Shown one piece after another: positions 1 to 11,907 of a stretch of 64,000 nt of DNA (the stretch's first letter is position 1; every line of letters begins with the position of its first letter). The notes under the pieces are model-generated. The model made no database searches, was not told the DNA's origin, and was given only the letters and a program-made list of their open reading frames with translations. Origin of the DNA: Okamejei kenojei (lineage: Eukaryota); the NCBI GenBank assembly GCA_035221665.1, contig CM069145.1, positions 21,762,001-21,826,000 of the forward strand, given 5' to 3'. Both the position numbers and the translations under genes were made by a program.

Positions 1-333
1 GTATTTTGCTGTCTTTCTCTCAGCTGGGACCTTTACAAAATGCAAAGTCCAATAACTAATTATTTATGCAATATTATTCTATTAAATGTGATCTTGAGAG
101 TACATCATATTTTCTGTGGTATTCATAACACAACAATGATAAAAAAATATATTTGTTTTGATTGTACCTACCAACATGCATACATTATTATATTACAGTT
201 AATATGTACCAAGGGCAAATTTTGGTTCCATTGCTCCCCATTCCCAATTAATTTTACATTGAAGTGATTGAAATCCAAGTAAAGTTTAAATGGCATCAGA
301 AAAATAAAACCTCTGGAATGGATGATATTCATT

Positions 334-424
334 ACCATATAACCATATAACCATATAACAATTACAGCACGGAGACAGGCCCTCTCGGCCCTTCCAGTCC
401 GTGCCGACCATTTGTTTTCCCCTA
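334..424 (-). mobile_element. CR1 LINE 3' tail fragment
   Basis: (ACCATATA)n tail plus CR1-type 3' UTR; nearly identical to 1846-1934. Confidence 0.75.
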
Positions 425-869
425 AATGTGGTTGGTTGGATTCAGTATCAGTACAATTACTATATTAAACTTTGAATCTTCAGATCTCCTGGTTCAAGCT
501 AAAACTAAAGTCAAATAATAACCTCCTTACACATTCCCCTGTAAGTATCTCTGTCACTCCTTTAAAATATGCCCCTTCTTTGAACAAGCTGTTAAACATC
601 GCATCTGAATCAGTTTCCATCAGATTACACTCCTTGAGGATGTTTATCAACGTGTTCAATTAATAAAACAACAAGATTGGGGACATTTCTATTCAACCTG
701 TCAAATGAATTTGGGGGGGGGGGAGTGTTTAGAAATAGTCAGTGATGTAAACAAACATAATAGGCGAGTGGCAAATGACAATAGTGCTACGTTCCCAATA
801 TTTATATGAAGGAAATAGTGGGTTATCGGGGCTTTATGTTGTGACAGACAGCCTGACACCTTGCATGTC

Positions 870-1030
870 ATTTAATACTACATTTAAGAAACAGTTAGAC
901 TGATACATGGATAGGACAGGTTTGGAGGGATATGGACCAAAAACAGGTAGTGTAGCTGGGACATGTTGGTAGGTGTGGGCAAGTTGCGCTGTAGGGCCTG
1001 TTTTCACACTGTATCACTCTATGACTACAT
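870..1030 (+). mobile_element. CR1 LINE 3' fragment
   Basis: Degenerate ORF2 end (FKKQLD.YMDRTGLEGYG) and 3' UTR. Confidence 0.7.
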
Positions 1031-1095
1031 TATTCCTCCACCATGCATGAGTACTTCAAAATCAAATGGTCGAGTTTTATTGCCATATAGTCAAG

Positions 1096-1435
1096 CATAG
1101 AAACATAGAAAATTGGTGCAGGAATAGGCCATTCGACCCTTCGAGCCAGCACTGCCATTCAATATGATCATGGCTGTTCATCTAAAATCAGTACCTCTTT
1201 CCTGTTTTTTACCTTTATCCCTTGATTTTGTGAACCCCAGGAGCTAAATATAACTCTCTCTTGAAAACATCCAGTGAATTGGCTTCCACTGCTTTCTGTG
1301 GCAGAGAATTCCACAGATTCGCAACTCACTGGGTGAAGAAAGTTTGTCCTCATCTCAGTCCTAACTGGCCTACCCTTTATTCTTAAACTGTGACCCCTGG
1401 TTCTGAACTCCCCAACATTGGCAATATTTTTCCTG
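1096..1435 (-). mobile_element. CR1 LINE 3' fragment
   Basis: (TTTCTATG)n-type tail; same family as 14640-14985. Confidence 0.8.
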
Positions 1436-1529
1436 CAGTTATAGTAAGTGAAAATCTAGCAGGCAAGCAGGATGCTTTCTCCAACCACCGCCACTCTTCC
1501 ACCGCTTCTACCCAGTGCTTGGTACTTAC

Positions 1530-1781
1530 TTCCAGCAGCCCCTTGTTGTCCTCCAGGATGCTCCGAGCCGCAGCCTGATGCATGCCGGCCACCAGGGCGA
1601 ATTTGGTGCAGAGACTCTAACAGCAGCGGCGCAACGCTTCCAACACCTTTGATGCCCCTTGACTCATGCACTGAGGCTGCTTCATGGCCGGAGCTGCAGC
1701 GAGCGACTCGCCAGCCCGGCAAACACTCGCCAGCCCAGGCTCCCCGTCTGCATCTGTCCCCGCCGCTGCTTCTGCTTCCAT
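1530..1781 (-). pseudogene. TDP2: Orphan TDP2-like first coding exon (UBA-like domain) with in-frame stop
   Basis: ATG at 1781 reads MEAEAAAG...LRRCC*SLCTKFALVAGMHQAAARSILEDNKGLLE, followed directly by a GTAAGT donor (1529-1524). Resembles recalled human TDP2 LCVEFASVASCDAAVAQCFLAENDWEME. TAG at 1619-1617. Confidence 0.6.
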
Positions 1782-1845
1782 CCCTCCCTCAGCCCCGGCT
1801 CTCCAGCACTCGCGGTCCACAGAGCATGAGAAACTTGTGATCATC

Positions 1846-2325
1846 ATATAACCATATAACCATATAACAATTACAGCACGGAAACAGGCCCTCTCGGCCC
1901 TTCCAGTCCATGCCGACCATTTGTTTTCCCCTAGTCCCATCTACCTGCACTCAGACCATACCTCTCCATTCCCTTCACGTCCATATACCTATCCACTTTA
2001 CTCTTAAATGTTAAAATCGATCCTGCCTCCACCACTTCTGCTGGAAGCTTATTCCACACAGCCACCACCCTCTGAGTAAAGAAGTTCCCCCTCACGTTAC
2101 CCCGAAACCGCTGCCCCTTAATTCTCATGTCATGCCCTCTTGTTTGAATCTTCCCTACCCTCAATGGGGAAAAACGTATCCACGTCAACTCTGTCTATCC
2201 CTTTCATCATTTTAAAGACCTCAATCAATTCCCCCCTTAACCTTCTGCGTTCCAAAGAATAAAGACCTAACTTGTTCAACCTTTCTCTGTAACATAGTTG
2301 CTGGAACCCTGGCAACATTCTAGAA
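1846..2325 (-). mobile_element. CR1 LINE 3' fragment
   Basis: ORFs 2130-2318 and 1931-2188 carry LGLYSLERRRLRG...FFTQRVV.VWN; microsatellite tail. Confidence 0.9.
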
Positions 2326-2429
2326 AATCGTGAGAGCGTGAGAATTTGTCGAATATGGCAGGATTAGCAAGGTGATACAAATGTGGGTGGTTTTGTAGAT
2401 ATTGATGATGGTTATGAAAAATTGTAGCA

Positions 2430-2765
2430 GGCAATGTTCTCTCACTGTGTAAAAAACTTGCTATCTCCTTTAAGCTTTCACCCTCTGATCTTAAAGCGAT
2501 ATCCTCTCGTCTTTGACATTTTCACTTGGTAAGAAGATTCTGACTTTCTCCCCAATCTATACCTCTCATAAGTTTTATATACTTCTATCAGGTCTCCCCT
2601 CAACTCCCAGTGCTCCCGAGAAAATGATCTATTGCTAGTACCGTCTAACCCAGGCAGGATTCTGGTAACCTACTCCGTGGCCTCCACATCCATTTGTAAA
2701 GGGGCGACCGGAACTGTACATCATTCATTCCAAATGCGGCCTAAACAAAGATTCATAAAGCTGCA
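2430..2765 (-). mobile_element. Old CR1 fragment
   Basis: Degenerate ORF2 C-terminal region. Confidence 0.55.
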
Positions 2766-3427
2766 AGAAAATCATCTATTAAACCTGCTGCTGTGTAAGG
2801 CTTGAAAAATAGAATTTAAACTACCATGACTTAATATTAACAGGGGATCAAATATTCTGGATCAATCTTAAAATGATTGCACCCATAATCTGCCTGAGCC
2901 TCATTAAAGCCCTGAATTTACAGTGACAAGTAAATTAATATGCAACTGATTCAGGTGATGCATTTTTTATGTCTATATATACACAGAATGCAATGGCAAG
3001 ACTTTAAACTGCAGCCTTTAAAATTCCAGTCTGGTATGCGTTTTCTTTTAATTCCTGACCATGTGTACCTTTTTTTGCAACAATTTAGGGAAGCATTTTT
3101 ATTTCCTAATGTATATGATGTTGTTTTGAATGTTAAGTGCCCATGAAATTGACTGGCTCATCGCATGAGCACCACAGTGCAGTTGGATGGTGTGGTCTAA
3201 TGTTTGCTTGCCTACTGCGTCAGATCAGCTTCCTACAATGAAACAAATAACCCTCAAAGAACTGCCGTAAAAGTTAACATAAAAGCCGAAAATTCAGATA
3301 AGTTGTTACTGATAAATAAGTAGCTAAGTTGGGTTGGAAGGAAGTCATGGGTATTAACAGAAGAGCAGAGAGCTGGAATGTGAACTGGATTTCCTCAGAG
3401 TTTTTCCTGCTACCTTGCTGTGACTTA

Positions 3428-4003
3428 AGGGCCTGTCCCACCAGCATGCAACTCCATGCAATGAGCGCGACCTAACGTGGTCGCTTGAGCCGTCCGGCGT
3501 CGTGGGGCCGGTCCCACTTCGATCACCGGAGCTGTGCGGAATTGTGCGGAGTTCGTCCCGACATCGCGCGGGGCTCCGAAAAACTGACCATGTTCAAAAA
3601 TTCCGTGTGGCAACAGCTTGTCGGCTTGCAGTCGCCTCGACGCATTACACACTGCCTTGACGTCGTGCCTCCGTGACCCTCTCTGTAGGTGCCTCCGTGA
3701 CCCTCTCTTGTGTGGCTCCATGGCCCTCTCTGTGTGTGCCTCTGTGCCCCTCTCTGTGTGTCCCTTTCTGTCCTGGCGAACTACCTTTCAGACTTCGCTC
3801 CAAGTTCGCCTCACTTCCCGCAGCGTCACGCCACTCACCCGACCTCCGCGCGGCTCCCGCTGCCGGTTTGGTCGCGCTCTTCGCATGCAGGCGCATGCTG
3901 TTGGGAACGGCCCTGTACAGGGATCACCCAACCTCCGCGCGGCCCTCGCTGCCGGTTTGGTCGCGCTCACCGCATGGAGTCGGATGCTGGTAGGACAGGC
4001 CCT
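3428..4003. mobile_element. PIF/Harbinger-type MITE
   Basis: TIRs AGGGCCTGTCCCACCAGCAT / ATGCTGGTAGGACAGGCCCT, TTA target duplication (3425-3427, 4004-4006), internal ~22-bp minisatellite. Confidence 0.85.
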
Positions 4004-4342
4004 TTAGCAAGAGGTGAGACAAAATCTTGTTGAATGTATGTTATTAGGCCTTCTGCCCTATATTTGAGGCAAGGTGGAGTTGCAACAATTCTGAAGCAGG
4101 CAGGGCATCAGAAAATGAAGCCAGTGAGCAAGAGCGGGCAGGGTAGTTAACCCAGCCCCTTCTGTCCACTGACAACTGACCATATTGCCAGGGGTTGCCA
4201 AATATTTGATATTCTAAGCGACAAGAGACGAGAGTCAAGAGTGTTTTATTGTCATATGTCCCCAGATAGAACAATGTAATTCTTACTTCCTGCAGCACAA
4301 CAGAATATGTAAACGTAGTACACTGTAAACAATATGATAAAC

Positions 4343-4482
4343 NNNNNNNNNNNNNNNNNNNNNNNNNNNNNNNNNNNNNNNNNNNNNNNNNNNNNNNNNN
4401 NNNNNNNNNNNNNNNNNNNNNNNNNNNNNNNNNNNNNNNNNNNNNNNNNNNNNNNNNNNNNNNNNNNNNNNNNNNNNNNNNN
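4343..4482. other. Assembly gap
   Basis: 140 N; hides the outer end of the left Tc1 TIR. Confidence 1.
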
Positions 4483-6089
4483 ATTCATACCCCTTGAATA
4501 TTTCCACATTTTGTCACGTTACAACCACAAACGTAAATGTATTTTATTGGGATTTTATGTGACATAGACCAACACAAAGTGGTGCATAATTGTGAAGTGG
4601 AAGGAAAATGATACATGGTTTCCACATTGTATTACAAATAAAAAACTGAAAAGTGTGGTGTGCAAAAGTATTCAGCCCCCTTGGGTCAATACTTTGTGGA
4701 ACCATCTTTCGCTGCAATTCCAGCTGCAAGACTTTTGGGGTATGTCTCTACCAGCTTTGCACATCTAGAGACTGACATTTTTGCCCATTCTTCTTTGCAA
4801 AATAGCTCAAACTCAGTCAGATTGGATGGAGAGTGTCTGTGAACAGCAATTTTCAAGTCTTGCCAGAGATTCTCAATTGGATTTGGGTCTGGACTTTGAC
4901 TGGGCCATTCTAACACATGAATATGCTTTGATCTAAACCATTCCATTGTAGCTCTGACTGTATGTTTAGGGTCGTTGTCCTGCTGGAAAGTGAACCTCCA
5001 CCCCAGTCTCAAGTCTTTTGCAGACTCTAACATGTTTTCTTCCAAGATTGCCCTGTATTTGGCTCCATCCATCTTCCCATCAACTCTGACCAGCTTCCCT
5101 GTCCCTGCTGAAGAAAAGCATCCCTACAGCATGATGCTGCCACCACCATGTTTCACAGTGGGGATGGTGTGTTCAGTGTAATGTGTAGTGTTAGTTTTCC
5201 GCCACACATAGCGTTTTGCATTTAGGCCAAAAACTTCAATTTTTGTCTCATCAGACCAGAGCACCTTCCTCCACATGTTTGCTGTGTCCCCCACTTGTGG
5301 CAAACTGCAAACGGGACTTCTTATGGTTTTGTTTCAACAATGGCTTTCTTCTTGCCACTCTTACATAAAGGACCGATTTGTGGAGTGCACGACTAATAGT
5401 TGTCCTATGGACAGATTCTCCCACTTGAGCTGTGGATCTCTGCAGCTCCTCCAGAGTTACCATGGGCCTCTTGGCTGCTTCTCTGATCAATGCTCTCCTT
5501 GCCCGGCCTGTCAGTTTAGGTGGACAGCCATGTCTTGGTAGGTTTGCAGTTGTGCAAACTCTTTCCATTTTCGGATGATGGATTGAACAGTGCTCTGTGA
5601 GATGTTCAAAGCTTGGGATTTTTTTTATAACTGATCCCTCCTTTAAACTTCTCCACAACTTTATCCCTGATCTGTCTGGGGTGTTCCTTGGGTTTCATGA
5701 TGCCCAAGGAACATTGTTTATTCACTAATGTTCTCTAACAAACCTCTGAGGCCTTCACAGAACAGCTGTATTTATACTGAGATTAGATTACACACAAGTG
5801 GACTCTATTTACTAATTAGGTGACTTCTGAAGGCAATTGGTTGCACTTGATTTTATTTAGGGGTATCAGAGTAAAGGGGGCTGAATACATTTGCACGCCA
5901 CACTTTTCAGTTTTTTATTTGTAAAAAAAAATTGAAAACCATGTATCATTTTCCTTCCACTTCACAATTATGCACCACTTTGTGTTGGTCTATCATATAA
6001 AACCCCAATAAAATACATTTACGTTTGTGGTTGTAACGTGACAAAATGTGGAAAAGTTCAAGGGGTATGAATACTTTTGCAAGCCACTG
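4483..6089 (-). mobile_element. Tc1 (DD34E) DNA transposon, IR/DR type
   Basis: ~210-bp TIRs ending ...GCCACTG followed by TA (6090-6091); inner direct-repeat motifs at ~4663-4680 and ~5876-5895. Confidence 0.92.
4686..5698 (-). pseudogene. Frameshifted Tc1 transposase
   Basis: MKPKEH start at 5698; ARRKPLL; FQQDNDPKH...WPSQSPD.NPIENLW with 34 residues between D and E. Confidence 0.9.
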
Positions 6090-6145
6090 TATATGTATAT
6101 ACACATACACATACACGCATAATCAAAAAAAAACAACAGTAGTGC

Positions 6146-6185
6146 AATAATACTACTACTACTACTACTACTACTAATAATAATA

Positions 6186-6238
<53 letters not shown>
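6146..6238. repeat. (TAC)n/(TAA)n microsatellite
   Basis: Direct reading. Confidence 0.95.
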
Positions 6239-6808
6239 GTCTATTGGAGTTCTGACCTTATTTGAGGTTGTAGTGCGTAATAGCCTGATGGCTGCAAGGA
6301 AGAAGCTGTTCCTGACCCTGAACATTTCAGTTTTCAGGCTCCTGTACGTTCTTCCTGATGGCAGTGATGAAATGAGTGTGCGGCCAGGATGGTGTGAATC
6401 TCTGATGATGCTGGCAGCCTTTTTGAGGCATCGACTCTGATAAATACCTTAGATGGTGGAGAGGTCAGAGCCGGTGATGGACTGGGCATTGTTCACAACT
6501 TTCTGCAGTATTTTCAGCTCCTGGACGTACCCAGAATTTACATGAAAAATTGGCTACCCCACATAAAATCAGCATGGGGTACATTTTTAATCATATATAA
6601 ATATTTCCTTTTCTTCCACCTTTCCATGAATGCTTCCTTTGCAGACAGGAAGACTTGCAATATGCACATAGTTGGGTTGCCATTTTGAAAATCTGGTTCA
6701 CCAGCCAAATCTCCCGGATTTCAGAGCATCCTCATAATCAGATAAGAAGGTGATGATTGAATTCCTTGGTGTCCTTCTGCGCTTATTTACTACCCATTAT
6801 TTTATGTC

Positions 6809-7093
6809 TTAGTTTAGTTTAGTTTAGAGATGCAGCGCGGAAACAGGCCCTTTGACCCACTGTGTCCGCACCGACCACACTACCCTACACACACTAGGGA
6901 CAATTTACACATATATCAAGCCAATTAACCTGCAAACCTGTATGCCTTTGGAGCGTGAGAGAAAACACATGCGGTCATGGGAATAACATACAAACTCTGT
7001 GCAGACAGCACCCATAGTTGGGATCGAACCTGGATCTCTGGCACTGCAAGCGCTGTAAGGCAGCAACTGTACTGCTGCGCCACCGTGCAGCCC
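6809..7093 (-). mobile_element. tRNA-derived V-SINE (HE1-like)
   Basis: tRNA-like head with GGTTCGATCC B-box, V-domain-like core, CR1-type 3' end and (CTAAA)n tail. Confidence 0.85.
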
Positions 7094-7689
7094 ACAGTGT
7101 CCTTTGTACTTTGGCCCATATGTCCTTTGGTCATATTTTTCCTCTATTGCTATTGCATGAGAAGATAAGAAACAGGACCAGGAGTAGGTCAATCAACTCA
7201 TGCACTGGCATGAAGTAAGATAATGGCGGATCCACTCTTGGCCGTCACCACTTTTCTGCACACTCTCCTCATTCCCCCTTAAACATGGTGAATTGGATAA
7301 TCCTGTTTGTTACTCCTGAAAACAGCAATGTAAAGTGCCAAGTCGGATTTGGCCATACCATTTGCAAGCATTGAGAACAGACGCAGAATCCAACACACTT
7401 CAAGGAGTCTTGCATGGTTAAATATTATAAGCCAGCAGGAAGATGGCCTGAAGATTTTATGATTCAAGTTTTGCCTGTCAACTCTCTTCCATGTTTACTG
7501 CTCACCCCTGCTGAGCTTCCTCACAGTCTTACAGCTCGTTAACTACAACTTGCAAATATCCAGCTACAACATGCAGTTGATAGTTGGAATTTTCATGTGA
7601 AGTGCAACACAAACCTCGGGCCAAATGGTCTATTTCTGTGCTGTGACATCTAATTAAATTATATATTACATTTCCCCTTTGTTAAAACT

Positions 7690-8050
7690 CGTACCTTCCC
7701 AGGGATTCGTACATTAAGCTACTACAATGTGATCATGGACATGTAGTGCTATCCAGGAATTCCTTTAACCCAGGTAGATAAGTCCAGGTACTTAGTGTAG
7801 AAGAAGGGAACGGCATGTTCAGAGGGAATGGGTGACTGGAGATTGAGGGTGGGACCGCGGTGTTTCGTGGTGCTGCACCTTTCCCCTCGCAGCAGGCCTG
7901 GCTCACCCACCACAGAACCAGAAAACACATCCCCAAAAGGTAAGCCGCACAGGGCCAGAGGTAAGCCACTGAGCCCTGTCCATTCCTGAGGGCCAGAGTG
8001 GAGGGTGATGAAATTCAAGATGGAGGTGGAGGCAGAGGCGGTGCAAGGAA
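7690..8050 (-). mobile_element. Possible L1/Tx1 ORF1-ORF2 junction remnant
   Basis: MITL**LNVR resembles the start of an APE endonuclease, downstream of a GC-richer ORF1-like stretch. Confidence 0.3.
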
Positions 8051-8339
8051 CAATGAGCTGTTAAGCAGACCAGTGTCTTACTCTTGCGCCCTCAAAAATG
8101 CTCATTCTTGATCCAAATAGAGTGTCAAAGAAATGAAGATGTAAGGTGTATGATGATGACTTACATGCATTAACAAAGTTATTTTGGGTACATTGTCCTT
8201 CTTATTAAAGACTTTAAACAGATGGTGGCAGGTTAAAGTGATGATGCTGCCAGAAGGGGGTTGGTAATGGAAGGGATGAAATTTCAGTGAAGAATTGAAA
8301 GGATTTGCAGGCCACAAATCAGTTAAATTGGATTGCAGC

Positions 8340-8645
8340 CTCTTGCCCAGAATAGGGGAGTGGAGAACCAGAAGGCAAAAGTTTAAGGTGAAGGTGGAAC
8401 AATTTTATAGTAATCTAAGGGGTAACTTTTTCAGATAAAGGGTGGTGGGTGCATGGAAAAAAGGAGGAGGTAGTTGGGGTAGGGATTGTTGCAACATTCA
8501 AGAAGCAATTAGATAGGTACATGGATAGGACAGATTTATTGGATATGGGCTAAATGAAGGCAGCTGGGACTAGTCTGGATGGGACCATGATCGGTGTAGG
8601 TAAGCTGGGTCAAAGGGTCTGTTTCCACACTCTATGGCTCAATTA
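8340..8645 (+). mobile_element. CR1 3' fragment
   Basis: Degenerate ORF2 end and 3' UTR. Confidence 0.7.
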
Positions 8646-10542
8646 CTATAAATTGGTATCAATTTGCTTCGGGAATTCTTCTCAAATATTTTATGCTGGG
8701 CCACAACAATTTTACTGCAACCACTATTACACTTAAAATTGAAATCATCATTTTATAAAGTGATGCATAAAAGCAATAATTATGTGTAAATAATTTAACT
8801 TGCTCTTATTTATTGATCAGTACCCAACACTGTAAATGATCCGAATGAAAATATTTGGGATATCTTTTGGTCACATGAAGATTTGTTCTGATGTTAAAGC
8901 TTGTGATGGAAAACATTCTGCAAATCATCTGTATCAGTAGATTGCATGTAGAGCACGACAGTGGTAGAGTTAATGTCAAGCATACATTATGCAGTACTAG
9001 ATTTTAAATTAGTCTGCAGCATGAAAAAGAGATGCAGGTGTAATAGTGTATGGGTTTCTAAGATTCATGAGTGGTGCCAGGAAGCTATTTCTAAACCAAA
9101 TAGAGAATTGGGATGCGTAACCAAGATATCATCATATGAATATAAAAGTCTGCAGTTAGATCCCAATTATGGAAAGTTCACCCTTAGATGTGAAGAGATA
9201 GAGAAAATAATCCTGGAAGTAAGTCAGAGGTAACCCAATAGATGAATACGTAGTTTAATAAAACCCCTAACTACGGTATTTTGATAGGCTTAGGGAATTG
9301 AGTCTTTTAATTTCAGTAAAGTATACACTTCGGGGCACTTTGTGTCATTAAACGATTAGAATAACTTCCCATCTTTTGCATCAAGTGCCATCACTATAAA
9401 TGGTAAAGTAGCTACTGTAGATTATGTTCCCCGAGGAGGATAATATCATAGAATGTAAAAGATAGATGCATGGTTGGATATTGTACACGCCATCACAGTT
9501 ATACCTTTGATGCCTCTGCAAATTGGACATCATTTTTATAATTTTTTTTATTGGTATGAATCTTAGAGATATTATTAGTTTCCGTTTCTCTCAGAGCGAT
9601 TATTCGGCAATTGATGAGCAAGGAACATGAAAGAATACGCGGTCTAATTTCACTGCAGCTTAATGGACCAGTTAGCTTTCACTTGTTGTCTTTTCACTAA
9701 CGTTGTGGGGGTTTTTTATGAGCCCATATCCTCGCCCTGTTTCTGACAAGGTGCTTTCATGTCATTGCTCTGGAAGTTACAGTGAGGAATAATGGTGAGG
9801 TTACTAGCACTGACTATGGGAAAGGTAATAAACTGAACATTAAATTGTGGGATACAACTATTGACAATTAAACACTGAAATCCAAACATTTCTGGTCTTC
9901 CAAGAGATGCTCTATTTTGCAGCCTTCACTTAGCAAATCCCTCTTTTTTTGTGGTCCCTCATCCAAATTGACTTTATCAAAATCCCAATCATCCATCAAT
10001 TATCCCAAACCTCCATACGGCAAAATCCCAATTATCCATCCAAAGCAGAGGTAGATCAAATGATGAGACCTTGTCATCTCACCCACACACATTTCTCATA
10101 AAATCAAATTGTATTGCCTGTTAAATATATTAATGAATGTATTAAATAGTGCTGCACTATCTATGATTACAATTAAAACACAAAGTACTTGCGCTATAAC
10201 TCCAGGATAAGCGCTCAACTAAGCCCAAAACCAACGTATTATCTAACTAAATAAACAAACTTACAATAAATGACTCCATATGCAAAACAACCCCACAAAA
10301 AAACAGCTACCTACATATTTATTAGCTCTTAAAAAAAAACGAATCCTGTAGATGCAAGTATATCATTGGAGTTATCAAGTGGGCACCTCCCTTCATTGGT
10401 GTTTCATTGAATTATACCCACGACACCTTGGGAAGGTTCAACAGTTGGTTCTGGTATCCCAGAACAACCCCCCTCCTCAATACCTGTTCTCACCACCTAT
10501 GCTATTAGTATCTACTAAACAAAAGACGCCACAGCCAATTAG

Positions 10543-10722
10543 CAGAGGCCCACAGGAGCCGTTGGAGGAAGTGAAGGAGGGGGAGGAGCGACACCCGACC
10601 GGTAGGTTTAAAATCTAGCGCGGGGCTTGCTTTTCCAGAGGCCCACAGGAGCCGTTGGAGGAAGTGAAGGAGGGGGAGGAGCGACACCCGACCGGTAGGT
10701 TTAAAATCTAGCGCGGGGCTTG
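10543..10722 (+). repeat. 87-bp direct repeat x2 (period 93) in the CR1 5' UTR
   Basis: 10543-10629 equals 10636-10722. Confidence 0.95.
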
Positions 10723-10958
10723 TTTTTACCCAAATCCATAACGTTCCATTTGGAGAAGTGGGTTTTTTTTTTGAGGAAGCCGCTGATTGGTGGAAGAGGA
10801 CCCGAGGAAGCAGCTGATTGGGTGCAACCCCGGGTTTACTATTTTACATTTCTGCCTTCTGGGAGTGAGGGATTCTGGGAGTTAGGGATTCAGTATTTAG
10901 TAGTAAAGTTTAAAGGATAAGTTTTTGTGTTTTTTTTTTAGTAATTTGGGAGTAAGGT

Positions 10959-11907
10959 ATGGCAGTAGAGATTGGCCCCGTGGTTTGTTCAGCCTGCAAC
11001 ATGTGGGAGATCAGGGAGATGGTCGGTGTCCCTGGTGACTACGTTTGCAGGAAGTGTGTCCAGCTGCAGCTCCTGGCAGACCGCATTGAACGATTGGAAC
11101 TGCGGCTGGATTCATACTGGAGCATCCACGATGCGGAGAAAGTCGTGGATAGCACGTACAGTGAGTTGGTCACACCGCAGGCGAAAGGTAGGAGGACAAG
11201 AAGGGAACGGGTGGCCAATAGCCAGCAAAGCAGTAGGCAGGTAGTGCAGGAGTCCCCTGCGGTCATCTCCCTCCTAAACAGGTATACCATTTTGGATACT
11301 GTTGAGGGAGATGGCTCATCAGGGGAATGCAGCAGCAGCCAGGTTCATGGCACCATGGGTGGCTCTGCAGCACATGAGGGGGGAAAAAAGAGGGGAAGGG
11401 CAATAGTAATAGGGGATTCAATTGTCAGGGGAATAGATAGGCGTTTCTGCGGCCGCAAACGAGACTCCAGGATGGTATGTTGCCTCCCTGGTGCAAAGGT
11501 CAGGGATGTCACTGAACGGCTGCAGAACATTCTGGAGGGGGAGGGTGAACAGCCAGTTGTCGTGGTGCATGTTGGCACCAACGATATAGGTAAAAAAAGG
11601 GATGAGGTCCTACAAGGTGAATTTAGGGAGCTAGGAGATAAACTTAAAAGTAGGACCTCAAAGGTAGTAATCTCCGGATTACTACCAGTACCACGGGCCA
11701 GTCAGAGTAGAAATAGGAGGATAATGCAAATGAATACGTGGCTTGAAAAAGTGGTGCAAGGGGGAGGGATTCAAATTTTTAGGGCACTGGGACCAGTTCT
11801 GGGGGAGGTGGGACCGGTACAAACAGGACGGTTTGCACCTGGAATGGAATGGAACCAATGTTCTTGGGGGAGTGTTTGCTAGTGCTGTCGGGGAGGATTT
11901 AAACTAA
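10959..11907 (+). CDS. CR1 ORF1: zinc-finger/leucine zipper plus SGNH-esterase-like domain (one frameshift)
   Basis: CxxC...CxxC; GDSIVR; VHVGTND; DGLHL appears after a shift at the A5 run 11746-11750. Confidence 0.85.

Larger units (their letters stand above)
4228..6530 (-). mobile_element. Rex-Babar-like LINE 3' fragment split by the Tc1 insertion
   Basis: R.RNSFF.AAIRLL C-terminal motif (ORF 5993-6325); GACAATAAAACACTCTTGACTC tail near 4230-4253. Confidence 0.65.
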
